Source of the DNA: Porphyromonadaceae bacterium
Lineage (GTDB): Bacteria > Bacteroidota > Bacteroidia > Bacteroidales > UBA12481
Length of the DNA stretch: 64,000 bases
Direction: 5' to 3'
Assembly: GCA_007280905.1 (NCBI GenBank)
Contig: QYQM01000038.1
Span: 744 to 64,743, forward strand
Positions 26,759-36,710 of the stretch are shown piece by piece (the stretch's first letter is position 1; every line of letters begins with the position of its first letter). The position numbers were made by a program, and so were the translations under genes. The notes beneath the pieces are model-generated. The model was not told the DNA's origin, ran no database searches, and worked only from the letters and a program-made list of their open reading frames with translations.

Positions 26759-28321
26759 CTATTTGTGAAATTCATTGGCCGTAAATGTGATCATCGCGGG
26801 CAATCCGGTTAGGAACCATTCGAATCCCCCATCACCTTCCCTGACCCGGTATTCATGTTGCAATTCTTTGTCGCGCAGCAGAATATGTGCATTTCCGTTG
26901 CCTTCATAAAACTTGCCTTTATCAGGCGCATCGATATAAAATGAAATTCGTTTAAGCGCTTCAGGGCTGATCCCCGAAAGGAAACCAGAGAAACTATCTT
27001 TTGCAAAATATCCGTCGGCAAGAATGAAGGAGCTGAATTGCTGCTGATTGAAGGAAAGAGAGTCAGGATTCATTCGCTCAATCTGATATCCCGCCAGGGC
27101 GCGGAAACGATATCCCCTGCGAATCCTCAACTGCTCCTCGATTTCCGGGAGTATTGAATTCAATTTGCTTAGTGTGTTTTCCGGCAGAAATACCAGCAAC
27201 AACTGACAAACTGAATTGTTCTCAATTTCCCGGTTTACCGAAGCCGCGATGGTTTTCCGCTGAGAAGGTGAAAATTTGCCAGATAAATATATAACAGGGT
27301 AAAACCGACTGGTTTCATCATATTCAGCAGGTACGAATGCAAAGATCTGTTGACTATTTATTGCCAGCGAATGTAATTGTCCATCTGAAATTGGCCTTGC
27401 GGGAATTGAGCGTACTTTATCCCCGCGATAAGGTTTTGATTCAAAAGCATCACTGATAAAACGGAGGGCATCGGGCAAGGCTGAGCACCAGTACTGGAAA
27501 CTGTGACCCCCATCGCGTACCCGGTATTCATGAGGGATATTCAGTGAACGCATCAGGATATGCAATTCCTCGTTGCTCCTGCAAAGGGTTTGTTCCTTAT
27601 CACCATTATCAATGTATATGTTCAGCTTACTGATTTCAGCCGGTGACATCGCGGATAAGAGGTAAAAAGGACTATTCTCTTTGTAGTAAGCGGTAATACG
27701 GTCAGCACCTTTAAAGCCCGGCTCACCAAACAAACGGCCCCATTGCTGATCCCATTCCGATGCATCCTCTGTCATATATTGTTCATCGGTACGTATAGAA
27801 ATGCTCAACGGAACCGCAGTACCAAATACATCAGAATGCTTCAGATGCAGGATCAATGCTCCGAAACCGCCCATGGAATAGCCCATCAGCGCACGATGCC
27901 GCTTATCGGCAATGGTCCTGAAAAGACTGTCGATATATGGGACCAGCTCTTGAATGAACATATCCTGGTACAAAAATGATCCCTTGTAATCGTTGACATA
28001 ATAGTTTCGAAAACCTTCAGGCATCACAAAAATCATTGGGATGGCTTCTTTATCCACGACTGCCTGATCAGCATACTGGGAAATCCGGCCATACTCGAGC
28101 CATGAGCTGGCATCATCACCAAGGCCATGAAGCAAGTAGACTACCGGATATGATCGACTTTCATTATAATACGTCTTTGGCAGGCATACTGAGAAATGGA
28201 TATCCTGCTTCAGTATCCTGCTGGGCATAATCAGGCCTTCCATGATGGTCAATCCATCGGTTGCAAATGAATTGAGGATCAGTAAAAAGCTAATGAAAAA
28301 CAGCAAGACAGTTTTTTTCAT
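26759..28321 (-). CDS. exported esterase (esterase-D/putative-esterase fold), internally duplicated
   Basis: Signal peptide present. N-terminal half: VVYLLHGLGDD, nucleophile elbow GYSMGGFGAL, HEYRVRDGGHSFQYW. The C-terminal half repeats the fold (HEYRVREGDGGFEWF) but has no GxSxG. Confidence 0.8.
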   Translation of the reverse strand: MKKTVLLFFISFLLILNSFATDGLTIMEGLIMPSRILKQDIHFSVCLPKTYYNESRSYPVVYLLHGLGDDASSWLEYGRISQYADQAVVDKEAIPMIFVMPEGFRNYYVNDYKGSFLYQDMFIQELVPYIDSLFRTIADKRHRALMGYSMGGFGALILHLKHSDVFGTAVPLSISIRTDEQYMTEDASEWDQQWGRLFGEPGFKGADRITAYYKENSPFYLLSAMSPAEISKLNIYIDNGDKEQTLCRSNEELHILMRSLNIPHEYRVRDGGHSFQYWCSALPDALRFISDAFESKPYRGDKVRSIPARPISDGQLHSLAINSQQIFAFVPAEYDETSRFYPVIYLSGKFSPSQRKTIAASVNREIENNSVCQLLLVFLPENTLSKLNSILPEIEEQLRIRRGYRFRALAGYQIERMNPDSLSFNQQQFSSFILADGYFAKDSFSGFLSGISPEALKRISFYIDAPDKGKFYEGNGNAHILLRDKELQHEYRVREGDGGFEWFLTGLPAMITFTANEFHK

Positions 28322-28324
28322 ATC

Positions 28325-29941
28325 TCAATTTTGAAGATGAATTTTCATATAACTGGCAGATTCGTTCAGTCCGGCAAGGAAAGAATCATGTGATGCAGTT
28401 CCCTGCCGTACCCGATATTCATGAGCAATACCATTTTCCCTTAAACTCATGAATAATGAATGATAGCTATTATAATTAACTCCCTCATCACAAATATCAA
28501 GGTAATAATTCACATCTGAGCTTATCGCAGTTGCATCCTGAGGCAGGTTTGCATCGAAAAGGAGGCATGCATTAATAAATTCGGCACAATCAGGTAACAG
28601 GTCATAAACCAGCCGGCCAGCCAGGTTATTGCCCAGAAGGATGGTATGCTTCCTGTCGCTGAGGGTGCGGTATCCAGTTTGAACCTGGTTAAGGATTTGC
28701 TGAAGAACAACCGCCGATACTGGCTCTGTTTGTAACGGGATTTCAACTATCAGAGAGGCCGGTATCTTGCCGCCGGTCATATTGGTGTTGAGGATCGACA
28801 GCATTTTCCGGGATTCTTCATCCTGTGAAACGGCTTTCCTGTCGTGCAGGACAAGAATAACCGGATAACGACTTGTGTCGGATAAATAAGCTGCGGGCAA
28901 AGCAACGCTAAAAGCAATGTTTGATCCATCAAGTTGTTTGTCAACGATCCGCCAGGCCGGGATGGCCGGTCCGGGATCAATCAGTTCAGGGTCATCGGGG
29001 TACGGAACATTCTGAACTGCCAGGCTAATAAATTTCAAGGCTTCAGGTAGAGATTTGCGCCAGTAATCCCAGCTATGGCCACCATTTCTGGTCCGGTATT
29101 CATGCCTGATATTCAGATCCCTTAACAGGTTATGAAGGGCGTTGTTGGGTACCGAAAGACTCTCTTCATCGTCACCGCAATCGAAAAAATAATTCTGGCC
29201 ATTCAATGACAGGTCCCCTGGGTTGCCAAAGAAATAGAACGGGCTGTATGTTTTATAATAATCTGTCAATCGTGAAGTACCTGTGGTTCCGATGCCGCCA
29301 AAAACCGATCCCCATTGGGAGTCAAATACTCCTTGCGGTTCATCAATATATTGCTGATCAGTACGGAACGACATACTTAGGGCAATACCGGTTTTAAATA
29401 CACCCGGATTTTTAGCAGGTAAAATCATAGCTCCATATCCGCCCATCGAATAGCCCATAACAGCTCTGTGCTGTGGGTCCCTGAAGGTACGAAACAGCGA
29501 ATCAATTTTAGGAACCATCTCATTTACAAGCATATCCATATATGGATAATTGCCATTGTATTTATTCACCCAGTAAGTATTGAACCCTTTCGGCATCACA
29601 TAAATCATTGGGACCGTTTCCGCGGCATTCAAATCGACATAGTAGTTGATAAGACCCCATTTATACCAGCCTGTTTCATCATCGCCCAAACCATGCAGGA
29701 GATAAACTACTGGAAATGATTCCGTTGAGTTTTCATACTCTTTAGGCAGCAGCACTGCAAAAGTCATTGAGCGGTTGAGGATTCGGCTTTGGAAGGACTG
29801 GTTCGTTAATAAACGTACGAAGGGTTCAGGATCATCCGGCGGAGGCGTATCATGCTTACATCCGGGCAATCCCATGATAAGCGGGATCAACCCGAAGATT
29901 AATATAGTGAAGCGCTTTAAGCTCTTTTCCGTATCAATCAT
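28325..29941 (-). CDS. exported esterase lipoprotein, paralog of 26759..28321, same duplicated architecture
   Basis: Lipobox (GLPGCK). Motifs VVYLLHGLGDD, GYSMGGYGAM and HEYRTRNGGHSWDYW. The degenerate second copy reads HEYRVRQGTASHDSF. Confidence 0.8.
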   Translation of the reverse strand: MIDTEKSLKRFTILIFGLIPLIMGLPGCKHDTPPPDDPEPFVRLLTNQSFQSRILNRSMTFAVLLPKEYENSTESFPVVYLLHGLGDDETGWYKWGLINYYVDLNAAETVPMIYVMPKGFNTYWVNKYNGNYPYMDMLVNEMVPKIDSLFRTFRDPQHRAVMGYSMGGYGAMILPAKNPGVFKTGIALSMSFRTDQQYIDEPQGVFDSQWGSVFGGIGTTGTSRLTDYYKTYSPFYFFGNPGDLSLNGQNYFFDCGDDEESLSVPNNALHNLLRDLNIRHEYRTRNGGHSWDYWRKSLPEALKFISLAVQNVPYPDDPELIDPGPAIPAWRIVDKQLDGSNIAFSVALPAAYLSDTSRYPVILVLHDRKAVSQDEESRKMLSILNTNMTGGKIPASLIVEIPLQTEPVSAVVLQQILNQVQTGYRTLSDRKHTILLGNNLAGRLVYDLLPDCAEFINACLLFDANLPQDATAISSDVNYYLDICDEGVNYNSYHSLFMSLRENGIAHEYRVRQGTASHDSFLAGLNESASYMKIHLQN

Positions 29942-31521
29942 TTTGCAACCTTTTCCGCGAATGGATTAAATTTTTTGTTTGGCGAATCATCGTAAACGAC
30001 ATACGATTTCAGGGTAATCCGGAAATCAGCATCCGGATTAACCCACTTAATTTCAAGTTTATGGTCTCCGTTATTCAGCAAGTACTTGTGATAGATATCA
30101 TACTTGCGCACTATATAATCATACGGCATGCGCACCTGTTCAGTTTTTACACCGTCGATAAATACATCCAGGAGTGCGACGAATTCGCTGCTTGCCAGTC
30201 CGCACTGACTTTTTACATTTCCCAGCACGACAATACCGTTTCCCGTGAAATCTATCTTAATGCTTTCGTCGAGATAATCCTTCCTTACCAACAGTTCTTT
30301 AGTTGGATACATTCCTTCAAATGACTGCTCAAACCTGAGTGTTAAGGTTTTCTGAACTTTAATTCTGACAGAATCAGCTTTAACTTCGCCTCCATTTTCT
30401 ACAATCAGCTGATTAGCATGTTTATAGCTCAGATCATAAATCTGGTTCAGGGTCAAATCTGAATAAGGAAATTTCAGATCCTGAACCTTTTCGATAGCCG
30501 GCTTCCAGAAAACCGGTATTTTTTCGTAACCGAGTATTACCCCCAGAATACCTGCTGCCGTTGCCGGATTGCAGTCGGAATCCTGTCCGCACCGGGTTGA
30601 TATATCCATGGTTTTATAGAAGTCTTTTTCTCCATACAGCAAGCCGATGACCACATATGCTGCATTTACGGATGCATCGATATTAAATGCATTGAACACC
30701 CCCTCAGGGCAGCCCTTCTCGGAAGTATTCTTCTTTTCGAATTCAAACCAGCACTGCTTCCAATCATCAGGATATTCCCTGTGCCATTTAATTACATCTC
30801 TTATAGCCTGATAAAACCTGCTTTTTTCAGGGATTGGTTTTAATCCCTGGGCTACAATAAAATCAAGATCATCAGAGATAAATGCTGTTGCATACATGGC
30901 AGCCATGAAAACGCCGCCATACCAGCCATCGCCGTAATTCATAATGTGGCCGGTTCGATCGCATATTTCGGAGGCGGTATTGATCATTCCGGGCGACATC
31001 AATCCTGCAAAGTCGGCTTCGATCTGAAAATCGATATCATCGGCGTGTGGATTATTCATCCAATATCCGGATGCCGGAGGCATGATTCCGCTCAAAATAT
31101 TATATCGGGCCGCCTGATTGGCATGCCATAGTTTATAGTCGTCATGTGCAAAAGAAACAGCGAAGGAATCGGCCGGAGCATCAAGCCCCACCCGCTCAAG
31201 TACCTCAATGAAGGTAAAATCCATATAGACATCATCGTAAAGGCCAGGATCCGATTCGAATAACTCTTTGATATAATCGTCGTACCACGCCATTTGCTGG
31301 TAGTCCTGGATCATGGTTCCCTTGAATTTGAACTCAGTCGGCCCACCAAAAGTGCATCCGATTGTTTGCCCTGCCCAGCCGCCTTTGATTTTGTCTTTAA
31401 GTGCACTGACTGACAGGGTGGCTTTTTCAGGAAGCACTGATTCCTGCTTGCTTTTGCATCCATAAGGAGTCAGGAGCAGCCAGGCAGATAAAAGAAAGAT
31501 ACAGTTTGTTCCTTTTTTCAT
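29938..31521 (-). CDS. exported ADP-ribosylglycohydrolase-fold (ARH/DraG family) lipoprotein with C-terminal beta-sandwich
   Basis: Lipobox (TPYGCK). Motifs GGWAGQTIGCTFGGPTEF, GDGWYGG and CGQDSDCNPATAAGILG, the last being an ARH metal-binding D.D motif. Confidence 0.82.
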   Translation of the reverse strand: MKKGTNCIFLLSAWLLLTPYGCKSKQESVLPEKATLSVSALKDKIKGGWAGQTIGCTFGGPTEFKFKGTMIQDYQQMAWYDDYIKELFESDPGLYDDVYMDFTFIEVLERVGLDAPADSFAVSFAHDDYKLWHANQAARYNILSGIMPPASGYWMNNPHADDIDFQIEADFAGLMSPGMINTASEICDRTGHIMNYGDGWYGGVFMAAMYATAFISDDLDFIVAQGLKPIPEKSRFYQAIRDVIKWHREYPDDWKQCWFEFEKKNTSEKGCPEGVFNAFNIDASVNAAYVVIGLLYGEKDFYKTMDISTRCGQDSDCNPATAAGILGVILGYEKIPVFWKPAIEKVQDLKFPYSDLTLNQIYDLSYKHANQLIVENGGEVKADSVRIKVQKTLTLRFEQSFEGMYPTKELLVRKDYLDESIKIDFTGNGIVVLGNVKSQCGLASSEFVALLDVFIDGVKTEQVRMPYDYIVRKYDIYHKYLLNNGDHKLEIKWVNPDADFRITLKSYVVYDDSPNKKFNPFAEKVAK

Positions 31522-33179
31522 TTCGAAAGTGGTTGGGTCAAATTGCTTGCCGGAGGCGTCTCCGAATAAATCACAATATCGTTAATGCGAATTTCATAGT
31601 CAGGAGCAGGGTTAATCCATTTAAGCCTGACATTATGCTTACCTTCAGCTAATTGGTATTTCCATGCCGGTTCAAGTCGGCGGGACGTGTTTTTCATTGG
31701 AAGTTTAACATTTTCGTCCCATTTGCCATCTATATACACCTCCAGTTCAGCCACATACGGGTCGTTGGGTTCGGCAAGGCCAAAAACCTCGGAACCAACT
31801 CTTTTAGAAACGCGATCGATATAATCTTGATCGATTTTAGACTTCTTCACGAGATTTCCATAAAAGATGTATCCGTTACCAACAAAGTCGTACGAAAGTT
31901 CATCGGTGAATGAGCGGTCGTATCGATCGCGGAATGTTGGAAAGGTTTTATCAAAATTTTGCTCAAAAGCCACAGGAACAGGCGGTGCAAGTGGTATCAC
32001 CAGCTGGTCACCGTCGATAGATCCTCTGGCAAGACTTATCATACCTAAGGCATGCTTAAAGCTTAATTCGTATGCTTTACTCAGCGACATGGGTATTCCA
32101 TCAAAGTTAAGTAATTCAATTTCCTGAAGCGGCTTAAGCCAGAATTCAGGGATCTTTGAATATCCGTGCATTACTCCCAGCACTCCGCCCACCGTTGCCG
32201 GATTACAGTCGGAATCCTGGCCGCAGCGGGCAGCGATATCCAAAGACATTGTAAAGTCGCCTTTCCCGTACAAAAGTCCTATGACAGAGTATGCTGAATT
32301 TATTTTTGCATCGATATTAAAAGAGAGGAATACCCCTTTTGGGCAGCCAATATCATTATTCCATTTTTTCTGCAGTTCGAACCAGGTTGCCTGCCAGTCA
32401 CCGGGATACTGATTGTGCCATTTAATAATATCGGCAATGCAATCATGAAATTTTGTTCCCTCCGGGATGGTTTTCAGCGCCTGCTCAACGATATCAATCA
32501 CATCATCATAAATAAAAGCGAGCGAATACAAAGCCGAAACGAATACCCCGCCATACCAGCCATCGCCGCTATTCATGATATGCCCTACCCTGTTGGCAAT
32601 TTCGGATGCAGAGTTCACCATTCCAGGTGTCATCAAACCGATAAAATCAGCTTCGATCTGAAAATCCAGGTCATCGGCATGCGGATTATTTTTCCAGTTA
32701 CCTGAATTTGGGGGCATGATCCCATTAAGGATGTTATACCTGGAGGCCTGGTTTGCATGGGCAAGATGGTAAGCCGTTGATGCCCAATGATGTGCAATCG
32801 TATCCATGGAAACATCCAAACCATATTTCTCAAAGACATCCACAAAATTCAGATCCGTATAAATATCGTCAAACAGTCCGGGCTTTTTATCCCACCAGTA
32901 TTTCACATAACCGTCGCGCCACGGAATATTCTGATAATCAGGGATGATTGATCCCTGGTATTTAAATTCGACCGGAGCACCATAAACTACCCCGATAGTT
33001 TGACCGGCCCATCCGCCGTTAATCTTGTCCATCAGCTGCTGCCGGGTGAAGGTGGCTATAGCCGGTACTACTTTACCAGCAGGCTCTTTCGGATTACAGG
33101 AAATGAAGAAACTCAAAACGAGTGCCGCAAAACATCCAATTCCAAAAGCCCGCTTAATTATGTATTGCATTCTGCGCAA
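31518..33179 (-). CDS. exported ADP-ribosylglycohydrolase-fold lipoprotein (paralog)
   Basis: Lipobox (FFISCN). Motifs GGWAGQTIGVVYGAPVEF, GDGWYGG and CGQDSDCNPATVGGVLG. An ATGA-type overlap links it to the next gene. Confidence 0.82.
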   Translation of the reverse strand: MRRMQYIIKRAFGIGCFAALVLSFFISCNPKEPAGKVVPAIATFTRQQLMDKINGGWAGQTIGVVYGAPVEFKYQGSIIPDYQNIPWRDGYVKYWWDKKPGLFDDIYTDLNFVDVFEKYGLDVSMDTIAHHWASTAYHLAHANQASRYNILNGIMPPNSGNWKNNPHADDLDFQIEADFIGLMTPGMVNSASEIANRVGHIMNSGDGWYGGVFVSALYSLAFIYDDVIDIVEQALKTIPEGTKFHDCIADIIKWHNQYPGDWQATWFELQKKWNNDIGCPKGVFLSFNIDAKINSAYSVIGLLYGKGDFTMSLDIAARCGQDSDCNPATVGGVLGVMHGYSKIPEFWLKPLQEIELLNFDGIPMSLSKAYELSFKHALGMISLARGSIDGDQLVIPLAPPVPVAFEQNFDKTFPTFRDRYDRSFTDELSYDFVGNGYIFYGNLVKKSKIDQDYIDRVSKRVGSEVFGLAEPNDPYVAELEVYIDGKWDENVKLPMKNTSRRLEPAWKYQLAEGKHNVRLKWINPAPDYEIRINDIVIYSETPPASNLTQPLSK

Positions 33180-33184
33180 ATATT

Positions 33185-35176
33185 TTAATGATATACACTC
33201 AATTCGGTTATAGAAGTAAAGCCTGAAACCTGTTTGGTGTATTTATTCCAGTGATCCTGAATTTTGGCATCTCCGATGATCCTGATTGCCTTGGTTTCGA
33301 CAGTCTCAAAACTGATCACGTATTCAACGAAGTGTGGTTGAAAAAACACGATATCGGTTGCCGGCAATGGATGTGTAACAGAGATCTTCTCAACCGGTAT
33401 CCATTGTCCGGATTCATTCATATATTGAACGTTGAGCGAAGTAAACCAGCCGCCGAATTCCTCGAGGCAACCGGTATGCAGTGCGAGCATACTTATTTTC
33501 TGCGGTTTCTTCCAGCCGTAGCCGTAGTAGTCAACTTTAGGTATCCGGGTTTTAGCTGCCAGACTATAAAAAACAGAACCGGCACCGCTGGTTTTTCCAT
33601 CGTTAATAACGTCTACATCTTTGGCATACATCGACTTACCGAAGGTATACCAGCAGGAGTCCAGTACTTTTTCATTGAGTTGACGAACATTGGCCAAAAC
33701 AGTATCGGCGGTCGGAGCAAAATTTTTAGTTCGCACGAGGAGATCAAAATCTCTTGTAATCTTAGAATTCCCGTTATCGAGCTGAAGGGTGATTTTCGAA
33801 TATCCTGCCGCCCCTGGAATCCCGGTGAGCCGGCCCTTGGAAAAGGTGAGCCCTTCAGGTATGGTGCCGGAAATCAGACTCCAGTTGTACACCTTGTTTG
33901 CTTCGGTATAAAATGTATAATCAACAGGCTTGCCGATTTCCATTTGCGGCAAAGGTCCGAGGTAAAATTCCACCGGAGGATTAAAAACAGCCTCCGGGTT
34001 TATTATAAGCACCTCATTCCCAGACTTACCAGATAATTTGCCACCCTTTAATCTGACCAGATCAATCGCATTCTTTACTGTTTGATTGATCATATCAGAA
34101 ATTTTAGCATCAGGCAGATCGAACCGGGTAATATTGATATAATTATTGTTGAAAGGTTCCTTCCAACCTTCGACCGGCAGGTATAGATTTTCCGGCAACC
34201 CTTTCATTCCGTTGATCACGCCCAATAGTCCCGCGACAGTAGCAGCCTGGTTATCCGCATCAAAACCCAGGGCACACGACAAGTCGAGGGTATGCTGGAA
34301 ATCACCCTGGCCATACAACAATGCCAGTATTGCGCAGGCTCCGTTAAGATTGGCATTCCAGATGGTTTTAGTCATATCGGGCTCATCGGTGTAATACTTC
34401 TGTGCCATTTCTTTCCAGGAAGCTTTCCAGTTTTTGGGATACCTGGCATGCAACGCAATCATATCCTTCACTGTTTGAGTGAAACGGCCTCCCGGTGGCA
34501 ATGATTTCAAACCGGTTTCGATCAGTTCAGTAATATCACTTTCGAAAAAAGCTGCGGAGTACATGGCTCCGTAAAGGATCGTTGGTTCCACACCCCAGTC
34601 ATCACTTGTTATGCGTGCGGCCCAGTCGGATTTGGATGCAGCATATTTTACCATACCTGGGGCTGTTACGGCCCATATTTCGTTAATAAGCTGAGGATCT
34701 ATTTGATACCAATGCGGATTTAAAAGTTTGCTGCCGGTAAATGGCGGTGTATATCCGAAATGCATCAGTCCCAGTGCAGCGCGGTTAGCCAGCCACACCC
34801 GGTCGCGGATATGGTACATCCAGGCATCGCGAAGCTGAGCATAGGAAGGTTCCGGGCCATATTTCTGCATCTGAAGCAGGTACATATATTCAACATCCGT
34901 GTCGTCATCAGAAAAGGCTCCGTTGTATTGTTTAAGTTTATCCAGGTTTTTTGTATACCCGTAAGGCCAATTCTCAGGACCGGGAGTATTGATATATTTT
35001 CCTTCGTGCGGCAATCCATAAATATTACCGATCATCTGGCCAATCCATGCAGCTTCAACTTTATCACGCAGTACGCTGACTTTTATTCTGGAAGGCTGAC
35101 TCCCGCATGAAACAACCGGATGAAGACTCACAATGGAAGTCAAAAAACACCATATAATCAGGGTTGGTAATTTCAT
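33185..35176 (-). CDS. exported ADP-ribosylglycohydrolase-fold lipoprotein with Ig-like and discoidin-like C-terminal domains
   Basis: Lipobox (VVSCGS). Motifs AAWIGQMIGNIYGLPHEG and GFDADNQAATVAGLLG. An Ig-like segment (LISGTIPEGLTFSKGRLTGIPGAAG) and a beta-rich tail follow. Confidence 0.8.
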   Translation of the reverse strand: MKLPTLIIWCFLTSIVSLHPVVSCGSQPSRIKVSVLRDKVEAAWIGQMIGNIYGLPHEGKYINTPGPENWPYGYTKNLDKLKQYNGAFSDDDTDVEYMYLLQMQKYGPEPSYAQLRDAWMYHIRDRVWLANRAALGLMHFGYTPPFTGSKLLNPHWYQIDPQLINEIWAVTAPGMVKYAASKSDWAARITSDDWGVEPTILYGAMYSAAFFESDITELIETGLKSLPPGGRFTQTVKDMIALHARYPKNWKASWKEMAQKYYTDEPDMTKTIWNANLNGACAILALLYGQGDFQHTLDLSCALGFDADNQAATVAGLLGVINGMKGLPENLYLPVEGWKEPFNNNYINITRFDLPDAKISDMINQTVKNAIDLVRLKGGKLSGKSGNEVLIINPEAVFNPPVEFYLGPLPQMEIGKPVDYTFYTEANKVYNWSLISGTIPEGLTFSKGRLTGIPGAAGYSKITLQLDNGNSKITRDFDLLVRTKNFAPTADTVLANVRQLNEKVLDSCWYTFGKSMYAKDVDVINDGKTSGAGSVFYSLAAKTRIPKVDYYGYGWKKPQKISMLALHTGCLEEFGGWFTSLNVQYMNESGQWIPVEKISVTHPLPATDIVFFQPHFVEYVISFETVETKAIRIIGDAKIQDHWNKYTKQVSGFTSITELSVYH

Positions 35177-35177
35177 T

Positions 35178-36692
35178 TTAATCTAATGGATTCTGGACCA
35201 GGTTTGAATTTGTTGCCAGCACGGATTGCGGAATCGGGAATAGTTTTGCATTGGGCCCCGAGGCCGGTTTGTTCCACCAGGGGTTACCCCAGACGCCGAA
35301 TCGAATCTGATCCTGCCTCCGGTGTCCTTCCCACGCGAACTCACGGCCAAGTTCGTTCAGGAATTCTGCAGCTGTTAAATCTGATGCCTGCAATGGCTGA
35401 ATACCTGCCCTGGTTCTGATCTTCTGAAGATCAGCATCATTCAGCATTTCTCCGGCGCGGCCCAGGCGCCATAAGGCTTCAAGCTTGGTATATAGCACAT
35501 CGGCATACCGGAACAGGACAAAGTCGTTCTCCATGTCAGTTACATAATACTCCAATCCATTCTGGTATTCATATTTGGCACACCGGGCGCCCTCCCACTT
35601 TTTGCGAGCCATGTAATTGTCGACGGTTGTGGTGTAAATAAAAGGAACGCCATCAATTACGATGTCGCTGCCATTTTTATCCTTTTGCTGACCAAACAGG
35701 AAAGATTTCTTTCGCAGGTCGTTTTCAGCGAACTTATCCAGATAGCCCGGTTCCACGATAAATTCGTCCCACATCTGTCCTTTAAATCCGAATGTCGCAC
35801 GGCTGGCATCGTTCAGTGTAAGGGTATACCAGTAAAGATGATCCTTTGTAAAAATAGAATTCATCGGGATGACAAAAATGTTTTCGAGGGATCCCTGGTT
35901 TTGAACCTTGAAATTTGCAAAATAATCATCTTCAATCTTATAACTATTTATTGCAATAACTTTATCGCAAGCATCGATCGACTTTTGAAATTTATCCTCA
36001 CCGATCCATTCCTGGGCATTCAGGTATAGTTTGGCCAGCAGCGTGTAAGCCATTCCCTGGGTAACACGTCCGTAATAAGAGGGCCCCGGCTGACTTTGCA
36101 GTTTATCCATATTGTCGAGAATATCTTTCTCGATGTAGTCAAACATGAACTTTCTTCCCTTCTGCTCGGGCAGCTTTTTATCTGCAAAATCATTGGTAAA
36201 TGGGATATTGCCCCAGTTGTCCAATCCCCAGTAATAAAAAAATGCCCGAAGGATTTTAATTTCCGATACTATTCTTTCCTTTTCGGGAAAGGTGATTTCC
36301 GTTTGTTCGGTTTCATAAATTACCTCGTTGCAGGCGCTGATGCCTTCGAAAACAAATTCCCAGGCCAGGGTGAGAATTTTATTCGTCGGGCTGATACGAT
36401 GGGTATGCATTTCATTCCAGCGGCCATTGTCCCAAACGAAGCCATCATCGCGCCCGGGAGCAACCATTTCATCGGAAGCCATTTCATTGAGTGTCCAAAG
36501 GCTGAATTCCTCTGGATATGGCTGCAGTTTGGTATAAGCACGACCGGCATTCATTAATACATCCTTTTCTGTTCGGAAGAATTTATCCAGGGGAATATCA
36601 GAAAACACCTCTTCATCGAGATTGGTGCAGGAAACCAGGCTTAAAACAATGCTCAGGCCGATCGCCTGAAAGGTATATTTATAATTTTTCAT
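35178..36692 (-). CDS. susD: SusD/RagB-family nutrient-binding outer-membrane lipoprotein
   Basis: Lipobox (LVSCTN), TPR-like helical body, and a position directly downstream of SusC. Confidence 0.9.
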   Translation of the reverse strand: MKNYKYTFQAIGLSIVLSLVSCTNLDEEVFSDIPLDKFFRTEKDVLMNAGRAYTKLQPYPEEFSLWTLNEMASDEMVAPGRDDGFVWDNGRWNEMHTHRISPTNKILTLAWEFVFEGISACNEVIYETEQTEITFPEKERIVSEIKILRAFFYYWGLDNWGNIPFTNDFADKKLPEQKGRKFMFDYIEKDILDNMDKLQSQPGPSYYGRVTQGMAYTLLAKLYLNAQEWIGEDKFQKSIDACDKVIAINSYKIEDDYFANFKVQNQGSLENIFVIPMNSIFTKDHLYWYTLTLNDASRATFGFKGQMWDEFIVEPGYLDKFAENDLRKKSFLFGQQKDKNGSDIVIDGVPFIYTTTVDNYMARKKWEGARCAKYEYQNGLEYYVTDMENDFVLFRYADVLYTKLEALWRLGRAGEMLNDADLQKIRTRAGIQPLQASDLTAAEFLNELGREFAWEGHRRQDQIRFGVWGNPWWNKPASGPNAKLFPIPQSVLATNSNLVQNPLD

Positions 36693-36710
36693 GATGTTTT
36701 GTGTGTTTAA

